Shown here one piece after another: positions 1 through 12,000 of a stretch of 64,000 nucleotides of DNA (positions within the stretch are counted from its first letter, which is position 1; each line of letters opens with the position of its first letter). A program made the position numbers and the translations under genes. Source of the stretch: Macrostomum lignano (Eukaryota); the NCBI GenBank assembly GCA_002269645.1, contig NIVC01001293.1, forward strand, positions 62,001 through 126,000, in the 5' to 3' direction. The notes under the pieces were generated by a model. That model searched no databases, was not told where the DNA came from, and worked only from the letters and a program-made list of their open reading frames with translations.

Positions 1-3000
1 TCTCTCAGTCCCTCTCTGTGTCTTTTAGTCCCTCCCTGTGTCTCTCAGTCCCTTCCTGTGTCTCTCAGTCCCTCCCTGTGTCCTTCAGTCCCTTTCTGTG
101 TCTCTCAGTCCCTCCCTGTGTCTCTCAGTCCCTCTCTGTGTCTTTTAGTCCCTCCCTGTGTCTCTCAGTCCCTCCCTGTGTCTCTCAGTCCCTCCCTGTG
201 TCTTTCAGTCCCTTTCTGTGTCTCTCAGTCCCTTTCTGTGTCTCTCAGTCCCTCTCAGTGTCTCTTAGTCCCTCTCTGTGTCTCTTAGTCCCTCTCTGTG
301 TCTCTTAGTCCCTCCCTGTGTCTCTTAGTCCCTCCCTGTGTCTCTTAGTCCCTTCTTGTGTCTTTCAGTCCCTCCTTATGTCTCTCAGTCCCTCTCTGTG
401 TCTTTTAGTCCCTCCCTGTGTCTCTCAGTCCCTCCCTGTGTCTCTCAGTCCCTCCCTGTGTCTTTCAGTCCCTTTCTGTGTCTCTCAGTCCCTCCCTGTG
501 TCTCTCACTCCCTCCCGTGTCTCTCAGTCCTTCCCTGTGTCTTTCAGTCCCTTTCTGTGTCTCTCAGTCCCTTTCTGTGTCTCTCAGTCCCTCCCTGTGT
601 CTTTCAGTCCCTCCCTGTGTCTCTCAGTCCCTCCCTGTGTCTTTCAGTCCCTTTCTGTGTCTCTCAGTCCCTACCTGTGTCTCTCAGTCCCTCTCTGTGT
701 CTTTCAGTCCCTCCTTACGTCTCTCAGTCCCTCTCTGTGTCTTTTAGTCCCTCCCTGTGTCTTTCAGTCTCTCCCTGTGTCTCTCAGTCCCTCCCTGTGT
801 CTTTCAGTCCCTTTCTGTGTCTCTCAGTCCCTTTCTGTGTCTCTCAGTCCCTTTCTGTGTCTCTCAGTCCCTCCCTGTGTCTCTCACTCCCTCCCTGTGT
901 CTTTCAGTTCCTTTCTGTGTCTCTCAGTCCCTTTCTGTGTCTTTCAGTCCCTACCTGTGTCTCTCAGTCCCTCCCTGTGTCTCTCAGTCCCTCCCTGTGT
1001 CTTTCAGTCCCTCCCTGTGTCTCTCAGTCCCTCCCTGTGTCTTTCAGTCCCTTTCTGTGTCTCTCAGTCCCTTTCTGTGTCTCTCAGTCCCTCCCTGTGT
1101 CTCTCAGTCCCTCCCTGTGTCTTTCAGTCCCTCCCTGTGTCTTTCAGTCCCTTTCTGTGTCTCTCAGTCCCTCCCTGTGTCTCTCAGTCCCTTTCTGTGT
1201 CTCTCAGTCCCTCTCAGTGTCTCTTAGTCCCTCTCTGTGTCTCTCAGTCCCTCTCAGTGTCTCTTAGTCCCTCCCTGTGTCTCTTAGTCCCTCTCTGTGT
1301 CTCTTAGTCCCTCCCTGTGTCTCTTAGTCCCTCCCTGTGTCTCTTAGTCCCTTCTTGTGTCTTTCAGTCCCTCCTTATGTCTCTCAGTCCCTCTCTGTGT
1401 CTTTTAGTCCCTCCCTGTGTCTCTCAGTCCCTCTCTGTGTCTCTCAGTCCCTCCCTGTGTCTTTCAGTCCCTTTCTGTGTCTCTCAGTCCCTCCCTGTGT
1501 CTCTCACTCCCTCCCGGTGTCTCTCAGTCCTTCCCTGTGTCTTTCAGTCCCTTTCTGTGTCTCTCAGTCCCTTTCTGTGTCTCTCAGTCCCTCCCTGTGT
1601 CTTTCAGTCCCTCCCTGTGTCTTTCAGTCCCTCCCTGTGTCTTTCAGTCCCTTTCTGTGTCTCTCAGTCCCTTTCTGTGTCTCTCAGTCCCTACCTGTGT
1701 CTCTCAGTCCCTCTCTGTGTCTTTCATTCCCTCCTTACGTCTCTCAGTCCCTCTCTGTGTCTTTTAGTCCCTCCCTGTGTCTCTCAGTCTCTCCCTGTGT
1801 CTCTCAGTCCCTCCCTGTGTCTTTCAGTCTCTTTCTGTGTCTCTCAGTCCCTTTCTGTGTCTCTCAGTCCCTCCCTGTGTCTCTCAGTCCCTCCTGTGTC
1901 TCTCACTCCCTCCCTGTGTCTTTCAGTCCCTTTCTGTGTCTCTCAGTCCCTTTCTGTGTCTCTCAGTCCCTCCCTGTTTCTCTCAGTCCCTCTCTGTGTC
2001 TCTCAGTCCCTCCCTGTGTCTCTCAGTCCCTCTCAGTGTCTCTTAGTCCCTCTCTGTGTCTCTTAGTCCCTCTCTGTGTCTCTTAGTCCCTCCTGTGTCT
2101 CTTAGTCCCTCCTGTGTCTTTCAGTCCCTTTTGTGTCTCTCAGTCCCTTTCTGTGTCTCTCAGTCTCTCCCTGTGTCTCTCAGTCCCTCCCTGTGTCTCT
2201 CAGTCCCTCTCTGTGTCTCTCAGTCCCTCCCTGTGTCTTTCAGTCCCTTTCTGTGTCTCTCAGTCCCTTTCTGTGTCTCTCAGTCCCTCTCAGTGTCTCT
2301 CAGTCCCTCTCTGTGTCTCTCAGTCCCTCTCAGTGTCTCTTAGTCCCTCTCTGTGTCTCTCAGTCCCTCCCTGTGTCTCTCAGTCCCTCCCTGTGTCTCT
2401 CAGTCCCTCCCTGTGTCTTTCAGTCCCTTTCTGTGTCTCTCAGTCCCTTTCTGTGTCTCTCAGTCCCTCTCTGTGTCTCTTAGTCCCTCTCTGTGTCTCT
2501 TAGTCCCTCTCTGTGTCTCTTAGTCCCTCCCTGTGTCTCTTAGTCCCTCCCTGTGTCTCTTAGTCCCTTCTTGTGTCTTTCAGTCCCTCCTTATGTCTCT
2601 CAGTCCCTCTCTGTGTCTTTTAGTCCCTCCCTGTGTCTCTCAGTCCCTCCCTGTGTCTCTCAGTCCCTCCCTGTGTCTTTCAGTCCCTTTCTGTGTCTCT
2701 CAGTCCCTCCCTGTGTCTCTCACTCCCTCCCGTGTCTCTCAGTCCTTCCCTGTGTCTTTCAGTCCCTTTCTGTGTCTCTCAGTCCCTTTCTGTGTCTCTC
2801 AGTCCCTCCCTGTGTCTTTCAGTCCCTCCCTGTGTCTCTCAGTCCCTCCCTGTGTCTTTCAGTCCCTTTCTGTGTCTCTCAGTCCCTACCTGTGTCTCTC
2901 AGTCCCTCTCTGTGTCTTTCAGTCCCTCCTTACGTCTCTCAGTCCCTCTCTGTGTCTTTTAGTCCCTCCCTGTGTCTCTCAGTCTCTCCTGTGTCTCTCA

Positions 3001-6000
3001 GTCCCTCCTGTGTCTTTCAGTCCCTTTCTGTGTCTCTCAGTCCCTTTCTGTGTCTCTCAGTCCCTTTCTGTGTCTCTCAGTCCCTCCCTGTGTCTCTCAG
3101 TCCCTCCCTGTGTCTCTCAGTCCCTCTCTGTGTCTCTCAGTCCCTCCCTGTGTCTTTCAGTCCCTTTCTGTGTCTCTCAGTCCCTCCCTGTGTCTCTCAC
3201 TCCCTCCCGTGTCTCTCAGTCCCTGTGTCTTTCTGTGTCTCTCAGTCCCTTTCTGTGTCTTTCAGTCCCTTTCTGTGTCTCTCAGTCCCTTTCTGTGTCT
3301 CTCAGTCCCTTTCTGTGTCTCTCAGTCCCTCCCTGTGTCTTTCAGTCCCTCTGTGTCTCTCAGTCCCTCCCTGTGTCTCTCAGTCCCTTTTGTGTCTCTC
3401 AGTCCCTCCCTGTGTCTCTCAGTCCCTCTGTGTCTCTCAGTCCCTTTCTGTGTCTTTCAGTCCCTTTCTGTGTCTCTCAGTCCCTTTCTGTGTCTCTCAG
3501 TCCCTCTCAGTGTCTCTTAGTCCCTCCCTGTGTCTCTTAGTCCCTCCTGTGTCTCTTAGTCCCTTCTGTGTCTTTCAGTCCCTCCTTATGTCTCTCAGTC
3601 CCTCTGTGTCTTTAGTCCCTCCCTGTGTCTCTCAGTCCCTCCTGTGTCTCTCAGTCCCTCCTGTGTCCTTCAGTCCCTTTCTGTGTCTCTCAGTCCCTCC
3701 CTGTGTCTCTCAGTCCCTCTCTGTGTCTTTTAGTCCCTCCCTGTGTCTCTCAGTCCCTCCCTGTGTCTCTCAGTCCCTCCCTGTGTCTTTCAGTCCCTTT
3801 CTGTGTCTCTCAGTCCCTTTCTGTGTCTCTCAGTCCCTCTCAGTGTCTCTTAGTCCCTCTCTGTGTCTCTTAGTCCCTCTGTGTCTCTTAGTCCCTCCCT
3901 GTGTCTCTTAGTCCCTCCCTGTGTCTCTTAGTCCCTTCTGTGTCTTTCAGTCCCTCCTTATGTCTCTCAGTCCCTCTCTGTGTCTTTTAGTCCCTCCCTG
4001 TGTCTCTCAGTCCCTCCCTGTGTCTCTCAGTCCCTCCTGTGTCTTTCAGTCCCTTTCTGTGTCTCTCAGTCCCTCCCTGTGTCTCTCACTCCCTCCCGTG
4101 TCTCTCAGTCCTTCCCTGTGTCTTCAGTCCCTTTCTGTGTCTCTCAGTCCCTTTCTGTGTCTCTCAGTCCCTCCCTGTGTCTTTCAGTCCCTCCCTGTGT
4201 CTCTCAGTCCCTCCTGTGTCTTTCAGTCCCTTTCTGTGTCTCTCAGTCCCTACCTGTGTCTCTCAGTCCCTCTCTGTGTCTTTCAGTCCCTCCTTACGTC
4301 TCTCAGTCCCTCTCTGTGTCTTTTAGTCCCTCCCTGTGTCTTCAGTCTCTCCCTGTGTCTCTCAGTCCCTCCCTGTGTCTTTCAGTCCCTTTCTGTGTCT
4401 CTCAGTCCCTTTCTGTGTCTCTCAGTCCCTTTCTGTGTCTCTCAGTCCCTCCCTGTGTCTCTCACTCCCTCCCTGTGTCTTTCAGTTCCTTTCTGTGTCT
4501 CTCAGTCCCTTTCTGTGTCTTTCAGTCCCTACCTGTGTCTCTCAGTCCCTCCCTGTGTCTCTCAGTCCCTCCCTGTGTCTTTCAGTCCCTCCCTGTGTCT
4601 CTCAGTCCCTCCCTGTGTCTTTCAGTCCCTTTCTGTGTCTCTCAGTCCCTTTCTGTGTCTCTCAGTCCCTCCCTGTGTCTCTCAGTCCCTCCCTGTGTCT
4701 TTCAGTCCCTCCCTGTGTCTTTCAGTCCCTTTCTGTGTCTCTCAGTCCCTCCCTGTGTCTCTCAGTCCCTCTGTGTCTCTCAGTCCCTCTGTGTCTCTTA
4801 GTCCCTCTCTGTGTCTCTCAGTCCCTCTCAGTGTCTCTTAGTCCCTCCTGTGTCTCTTAGTCCCTCTCTGTGTCTCTTAGTCCCTCCTGTGTCTCTTAGT
4901 CCCTCCCTGTGTCTCTTAGTCCCTTCTTGTGTCTTTCAGTCCCTCCTTATGTCTCTCAGTCCCTCTCTGTGTCTTTAGTCCCTCCCTGTGTCTCTCAGTC
5001 CCTCTCTGTGTCTCTCAGTCCCTCCCTGTGTCTTTCAGTCCCTTTCTGTGTCTCTCAGTCCCTCCTGTGTCTCTCAGTCCCTCCCGTGTCTCTCAGTCCT
5101 CCCCTGTGTCTTTCAGTCCCTTTCTGTGTCTCTCAGTCCCTTTCTGTGTCTCTCAGTCCCTCCCTGTGTCTTCAGTCCCTCCCTGTGTCTCAGTCCCTCC
5201 CTGTGTCTTTCAGTCCCTTTCTGTGTCTCTCAGTCCCTTTCTGTGTCTCTCAGTCCCTCCTGTGTCTCTCAGTCCCTCTCTGTGTCTTTCATCCCTCCTT
5301 ACGTCTCTCAGTCCCTCTCTGTGTCTTTTAGTCCCTCCCTGTGTCTCTCAGTCCCTCCTGTGTCTCTCAGTCCCTCCCTGTGTCTTTCAGTCTCTTTCTG
5401 TGTCTCTCAGTCCCTTTCTGTGTCTCTCAGTCCCTCCCTGTGTCTCTCAGTCCCTCCCTGTGTCTCTCAGTCCCTCCCTGTGTCTTTCAGTCCCTTTCTG
5501 TGTCTCTCAGTCCCTTTCTGTGTCTCTCAGTCCCTCCCTGTTCTCTCAGTCCCTCTCTGTGTCTCTCAGTCCCTCCCTGTGTCTCTCAGTCCCTCTCAGT
5601 GTCTCTTAGTCCCTCTCTGTGTCTCTTAGTCCCTCTCTGTGTCTCTTAGTCCCTTCTGTGTCTCTTAGTCCCTCCCTGTGTCTTTCAGTCCCTTTTTGTG
5701 TCTCTCAGTGTCTCTGTGTCCCTCTCTGTGTCTCTCAGTCCCTCTCCTGTGTCTCTCAGTCCCTCTCCCTGTGTCTCTCAGTCCCTCCCTGTGTCTTTCA
5801 GTCCCTTTCTGTGTCTCTCAGTCCCTTTCTGTGTCTCTCAGTCCCTCTCAGTGTCTCTCAGTCCCTCTCTGTGTCTCTCAGTCCCTCTCTGTGTCTCTCA
5901 GTCCTCTCTGTGTCTCTTAGTCCCTCTGTGTCTCTCAGTCCCTCCCTGTGTCTCTCAGTCCCTCCCTGTGTCTCTTCAGTCCCTCCTGTGTCTTCAGTCC

Positions 6001-9000
6001 CTTTCTGTGTCTCTCAGTCCCTCTCTGTGTCTCTCAGTCCCTCTCTGTGTCTCTCAGTCCCTCCCTGTGTCTCTTAGTCCCTCCCTGTGTCTCTTAGTCC
6101 CTTCTGTGTCTTTCAGTCCCTTTATGTGTCTCTCAGTCCCTCTGTGTCTCTTTAGTCCCTCTCTGTGTCTCTCAGTCCCTCCCTGTGTCTCTCAGTCCCT
6201 CCCTGTGTCTCTTCAGTCCCTTTCTGTGTCTCTTTCAGTCCCTCCCTTGTCTCTCAGTCCCTCCTCCCTCCCGGTGTCTCTCAGTCCTTCCCTGTGTCTT
6301 TCAGTCCCTTTCTGTGTCTCTCAGTCCCTTTCTGTGTCTCTCAGTCCCTCCCTGTGTCTTTCAGTCCTCCCTCCCTGTGTCTCTCAGTCCTCCCTGTGTC
6401 TTTCAGTCCCTTTCTGTGTCTCTCAGTCCCTACCTGTGTCTCTCAGTCCCTCTCTGTGTCTTTCAGTCCCTCCTTACGTCTCTCAGTCCCTCTGTGTCTT
6501 TTAGTCCCTCCCTGTGTCTCTCAGTCTCTCCCTGTGTCTCTCAGTCCCTCCCTGTGTCTTTCAGTCCCTTTTCTGTGTCTCTCAGTCCCTTTCTGTGTCT
6601 CTCAGTCCCTTTCTGTGTCTCTCAGTCCCTCCCTGTGTCTCTCAGTCCCTCCCTGTGTCTTTCAGTTCCTTTCTGTGTCTCTCAGTCCCTTTCTGTGTCT
6701 CTCAGTCCCTACTGTGTCTCTCAGTCCCTCCCTGTGTCTCTCAGTCCCTCCCTGTGTCTTTCAGTCCCTCCCTGTGTCTCTCAGTCCCTCCCTGTGTCTT
6801 TCAGTCCCTTTCTGTGTCTCTCAGTCCCTTTCTGTGTCTCTCAGTCCCTCCCTGTGTCTCTCAGTCCCTCCCTGTGTCTTTCAGTCCCTCCCTGTGTCTT
6901 TCAGTCCCTTTCTGTGTCTCTCAGTCCCTCCCTGTGTCTTTCAGTCCCTTTCTGTGTCTCTCAGTCCCTTTCTGTGTCTCTCAGTCCCTCCCTGTGTCTT
7001 TCAGTCCCTTTCTGTGTCTCTCAGTCCCTTTCTGTGTCTTTCAGTCCCTTTCTGTGTCTCTCAGTCCCTTTCTGTGCTCTCAGTCCCTTTCTGTGTCTCT
7101 CAGTCCCTCCCTGTGTCTTTCAGTCCCTCCCTGTGTCTCTCAGTCCCTCCCTGTGTCTTTCAGTCTCTTTCTGTGTCTCTCAGTCCCTCCTGTGTCTTTC
7201 AGTCCCTCTCTGTGTCTCTCAGTCCCGTTTCTGTGTCTCTCAGTCCCTCCCTGTGTCTCAGTCCCTTTTGTGTCTCTCAGTCCCTCCCTGTGTCTCAGTC
7301 CCTCTCTGTGTCTCTCAGTCCCTTTCTGTGTCTTTCAGTCCCTTTCTGTGTCTCTCAGTCCCTTTCTGTGTCTCTCAGTCCCTCTCAGTGTCTCTTAGTC
7401 CCTCCCTGTGTCTCTTAGTCCCTCCCTGTGTCTCTTAGTCCCTTCTGTGTCTCTTCAGTCCCTCCTTATGTCTCTCAGTCCCTCTCTGTGTCTTTTAGTC
7501 CCTCCCTGTGTCTCTCAGTCCCTCCCTGTGTCTTTCAGTCCCTTTCTGTGTCTCTCAGTCCCTTTCTGTGTCTCTCAGTCCCTTTCTGTGTCTCTCAGTC
7601 CCTCCCTGTGTCTCTCACTCCCTCCCTGTGTCTTTCAGTCCTTTCTGTGTCTCTCAGTCCCTTTCTGTGTCTCTCAGTCCCTACCTGTGTCTCTCAGTCC
7701 CTCCCTGTGTCTCTCAGTCCCTCCCTGTGTCTTTCAGTCCCTCCTGTGTCTCTCAGTCCCTCCCTGTGTCTTTCAGTCCCTTTCTGTGTCTCTCAGTCCC
7801 TTCTGTGTCTCTCAGTCCCTCCCTGTGTCTCTCAGTCCCTCCTGTGTCTCTCAGTCCCTCCCTGTGTCTTTCAGTCCCTTTCTGTGTCTCTCAGTCCCTC
7901 TGTGTCTCTCAGTCCCTCCCTGTGTCTCTCAGTCCCTCCCTGTGTCTTTCAGTCCCTCCCTGTGTCTTTCAGTCCCTTTCTGTGTCTCTCAGTCCCTCTG
8001 TGTCTTTCAGTCCCTTTCTGTGTCTCTCAGTCCCTACTGTGTCTCTCAGTCCTCTGTGTCTTTCAGTCCCTTTCTGTGTCTCTCAGTCCCTTTCTGTGTC
8101 TTCAGTCCCTTTCTGTGTCTCTCAGTCCCTTTCTGTGCCTCTCAGTCCCTTTCTGTGTCTCTCAGTCCCTCCCTGTGTCTTTCAGTCCCTCCCTGTGTCT
8201 CTCAGTCCCTCCCTGTGTCTTTCAGTCTCTTTCTGTGTCTCTCAGTCCCTCCCTGTGTCTTTCAGTCCCTCTTCTGTGTCTCTCAGTCCCTTTCTGTGTC
8301 TCTCAGTCCCTCCCTGTGTCTTTCAGTCCCTTTCTGTGTCTCTCAGTCCCTTTCTGTGTCTTTCAGTCCCTTTCTGTGTCTCTCAGTCCCTTTCCCTGTG
8401 CCTCTCAGTCCTTTCTGTGTCTCTCAGTCCCTCCCTGTGTCTTTCAGTCCCTCTCTGTGTCTCTCACTCCCTCCCTGTGTCTTTCAGTCTCTTTCTGTGT
8501 CTCTCAGTCCCTCCCTGTGTCTTTCAGTCCCTCTCTGTGTCTCTCAGTCCCGTTTCTGTGTCTCTCAGTCCCTCTGTGTCTCTCAGTCCCTTTTTGTGTC
8601 TCTCAGTCCCTCCCTGTGTCTCTCAGTCCCGCTCTGTGTCTCTCAGTCCCTTTCTGTGTCTTTCAGTCCCTTCTGTGTCTCTCAGTCCCTTTCTGTGTCT
8701 CTCAGTCCCTCTCAGTGTCTCTTAGTCCCTCCCTGTGTCTCTTAGTCCCTCCCTGTGTCTCTTAGTCCCTTCTTTGTGTCTTTCAGTCCCTCCTTATGTC
8801 TCTCAGTCCCTCTCTGTGTCTTTTAGTCCCTCCCTGTGTCTCTCAGTCCCTCTGTGTCTCTCAGTCCCTCCCTGTGTCTTTCAGTCCCTTTCTGTGTCTC
8901 TCAGTCCCTCCCTGTGTCTCTCACTCCCTCCGTGTCTCTCAGTCCTTCCCTGTGTCTTTCAGTCCCTTTCTGTGTCTCTCAGTCCCTTTCTGTGTCTCTC

Positions 9001-12000
9001 AGTCCCTCCCTGTGTCTTTCAGTCCCTCCCTGTGTCTTTCAGTCCCTCCCTGTGTCTTTCAGTCCCTTTCTGTGTCTCTCAGTCCCTTTCTGTGTCTCTC
9101 AGTCCCTACCTGTGTCTCTTAGTCCCTTCTTGTGTCTTTCAGTCCCTCCTTATGTCTCTCAGTCCCTCTCTGTGTCTTTTAGTCCCTCCCTGTGTCTCTC
9201 AGTCCCTCCCTGTGTCTCTCAGTCCCTCCCTGTGTCTTTCAGTCCCTTTCTGTGTCTCTCAGTCCCTCCCTGTGTCTCTCACTCCCTCCCGGTGTCTCTC
9301 AGTCCTTCCCTGTGTCTTTCAGTCCCTTTCTGTGTCTCTCAGTCCCTCTCAGTGTCTCTTAGTCCCTCCCTGTGTCTTTCAGTCCCTCCCTGTGTCTCTC
9401 AGTCCCTCCCTGTGTCTCTCAGTCCCTTTTTGTGTCTCTCAGTCCCTCCCTGTGTCTCTCAGTCCCTCTCTGTGTCTCTCAGTCTCTTTCTGTGTCTTTC
9501 AGTCCCTTTCTGTGTCTCTCAGTCCCTTTCTGTGTCTCTCAGTCCCTCTCAGTGTCTCTTAGTCCCTCCCTGTGTCTCTTAGTCCCTCCCTGTGTCTCTT
9601 AGTCCCTTCTTGTGTCTTTCAGTCCCTCCTTATGTCTCTCAGTCCCTCTCTGTGTCTTTAGTCCCTCCCTGTGTCTCTCAGTCCCTTCCTGTGTCTCTCA
9701 GTCCCTCCCTGTGTCCTTCAGTCCCTTTCTGTGTCTCTCAGTCCCTCCCTGTGTCTCTCAGTCCCTCTCTGTGTCTTTTAGTCCCTCCCTGTGTCTCTCA
9801 GTCCCTCCTGTGTCTCTCAGTCCCTCCCTGTGTCTTTCAGTCCCTTTCTGTGTCTCTCAGTCCCTTCTGTGTCTCTCAGTCCCTCTCAGTGTCTCTTAGT
9901 CCCTCTCTGTGTCTCTTAGTCCCTCTCTGTGTCTCTTAGTCCCTCCCTGTGTCTCTTAGTCCCTCCTGTGTCTCTTAGTCCCTTCTTGTGTCTTTCAGTC
10001 CCTCCTTATGTCTCTCAGTCCCTCTCTGTGTCTTTAGTCCCTCCCTGTGTCTCTCAGTCCCTCTGTGTCTCTCAGTCCCTCCTGTGTCTTTCAGTCCCTT
10101 TCTGTGTCTCTCAGTCCCTCCCTGTGTCTCTCACTCCTCCGGTGTCTCTCAGTCCTTCCCTGTGTCTTTCAGTCCCTTTCTGTGTCTCTCAGTCCCTTTC
10201 TGTGTCTCTCAGTCCCTCCCTGTGTCTTTCAGTCCCTCCTGTGTCTCTCAGTCCCTCCCTGTGTCTTTCAGTCCCTTTCTGTGTCTCTCAGTCCCTACCT
10301 GTGTCTCTCAGTCCCTCTCTGTGTCTTTCAGTCCCTCCTTACGTCTCTCAGTCCCTCTCTTGTCTTTAGTCCCTCCCTGTGTCTTTCAGTCTCTCCCTGT
10401 GTCTCTCAGTCCCTCCCTGTGTCTTTCAGTCCCTTTCTGTGTCTCTCAGTCCCTTTCTGTGTCTCTCAGTCCCTTTCTGTGTCTCTCAGTCCCTCCCTGT
10501 GTCTCTCACTCCCTCCCTGTGTCTTTCAGTTCCTTTCTGTGTCTCTCAGTCCCTTTCTGTGTCTTTCAGTCCCTCCTGTGTCTCTCAGTCCCTCCCTGTG
10601 TCTCTCAGTCCCTCCCTGTGTCTTCAGTCCCTCCCTGTGTCTCTCAGTCCCTCCCTGTGTCTTTCAGTCCCTTTCTGTGTCTCTCAGTCCCTTTCTGTGT
10701 CTCTCAGTCCCTCCCTGTGTCTCTCAGTCCCTCCCTGTGTCTTTCAGTCCCTCCCTGTGTCTTTCAGTCCCTTTCTGTGTCTCTCAGTCCCTCCCTGTGT
10801 CTCTCAGTCCCTTTCTGTGTCTCTCAGTCCCTCTCAGTGTCTCTTAGTCCCTCTCTGTGTCTCTCAGTCCCTCTCAGTGTCTCTTAGTCCCTCCCTGTGT
10901 CTCTTAGTCCCTCTCTGTGTCTCTTAGTCCCTCCCTGTGTCTCTTAGTCCCTCTCTGTGTCTTTTAGTCCCTCCCTGTGTCTCTCAGTCCCTCCCTGTGT
11001 CTTTCAGTCCCTTTCTGTGTCTCTCAGTCCCTCCCTGTGTCTCTCAGTCCCTCTCTGTGTCTCTCAGTCCTCCCTGTGTCTTTCAGTCCCTTTCTGTGTC
11101 TCTCAGTCCTCCCTGTGTCTCTCACTCCCTCCCGGTGTCTCTCAGTCCTTCCCTGTGTCTTTCAGTCCCTTTCTGTGTCTCTCAGTCCCTTTCTGTGTCT
11201 CTCAGTCCCTCCCTGTGTCTTTCAGTCCCTCCCTGTGTCTTTCAGTCCCTCCCTGTGTCTTTCAGTCCCTTTCTGTGTCTCTCAGTCCCTTTCTGTGTCT
11301 CTCAGTCCCTACCTGTGTCTCTCAGTCCCTCTCTGTGTCTTTCATTCCTCCTTACGTCTCTCAGTCCCTCTCTGTGTCTTTTAGTCCCTCCCTGTGTCTC
11401 TCAGTCTCTCCCTGTGTCTCTCAGTCCCTCCCTGTGTCTTTCAGTCTCTTTCTGTGTCTCTCAGTCCCTTTCTGTGTCTCTCAGTCCCTCCCTGTGTCTC
11501 TCAGTCCCTCCCTGTGTCTCTCACTCCCTCCCTGTGTCTTTCAGTCCCTTTCTGTGTCTCTCAGTCCCTTTCTGTGTCTCTCAGTCCCTCCCTGTTTCTC
11601 TCAGTCCCTCTCTGTGTCTCTCAGTCCCTCCCTGTGTCTCTCAGTCCCTCTCAGTGTCTCTTAGTCCCTCTCTGTGTCTCTTAGTCCCTCTCTGTGTCTC
11701 TTAGTCCCTTCCTGTGTCTCTTAGTCCCTCCCTGTGTCTTTCAGTCCCTTTTTGTGTCTCTCAGTCCCGTTTCTGTGTCTCTCAGTCTCTCCCTGTGTCT
11801 CTCAGTCCCTCCCTGTGTCTCTCAGTCCCTCTCTGTGTCTCTCAGTCCCTCCTGTGTCTTTCAGTCCCTTTCTGTGTCTCTCAGTCCCTTTCTGTGTCTC
11901 TCAGTCCTCTCAGTGTCTCTTAGTCCCTCTCTGTGTCTCTCAGTCCCTCTCAGTGTCTCTTAGTCCCTCTCTGTGTCTCTCAGTCCCTCCCTGTGTCTCT

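Noticed and set aside
2050-10400. Dense 1-2 nt deletions in parts of the satellite (also ~21,500-22,350 and 23,400-24,100) as biological divergence zones
   Set aside because: They are deletion-biased, concentrated in homopolymer/dinucleotide runs and patchy next to perfectly registered blocks. This is more consistent with low-coverage long-read consensus error.
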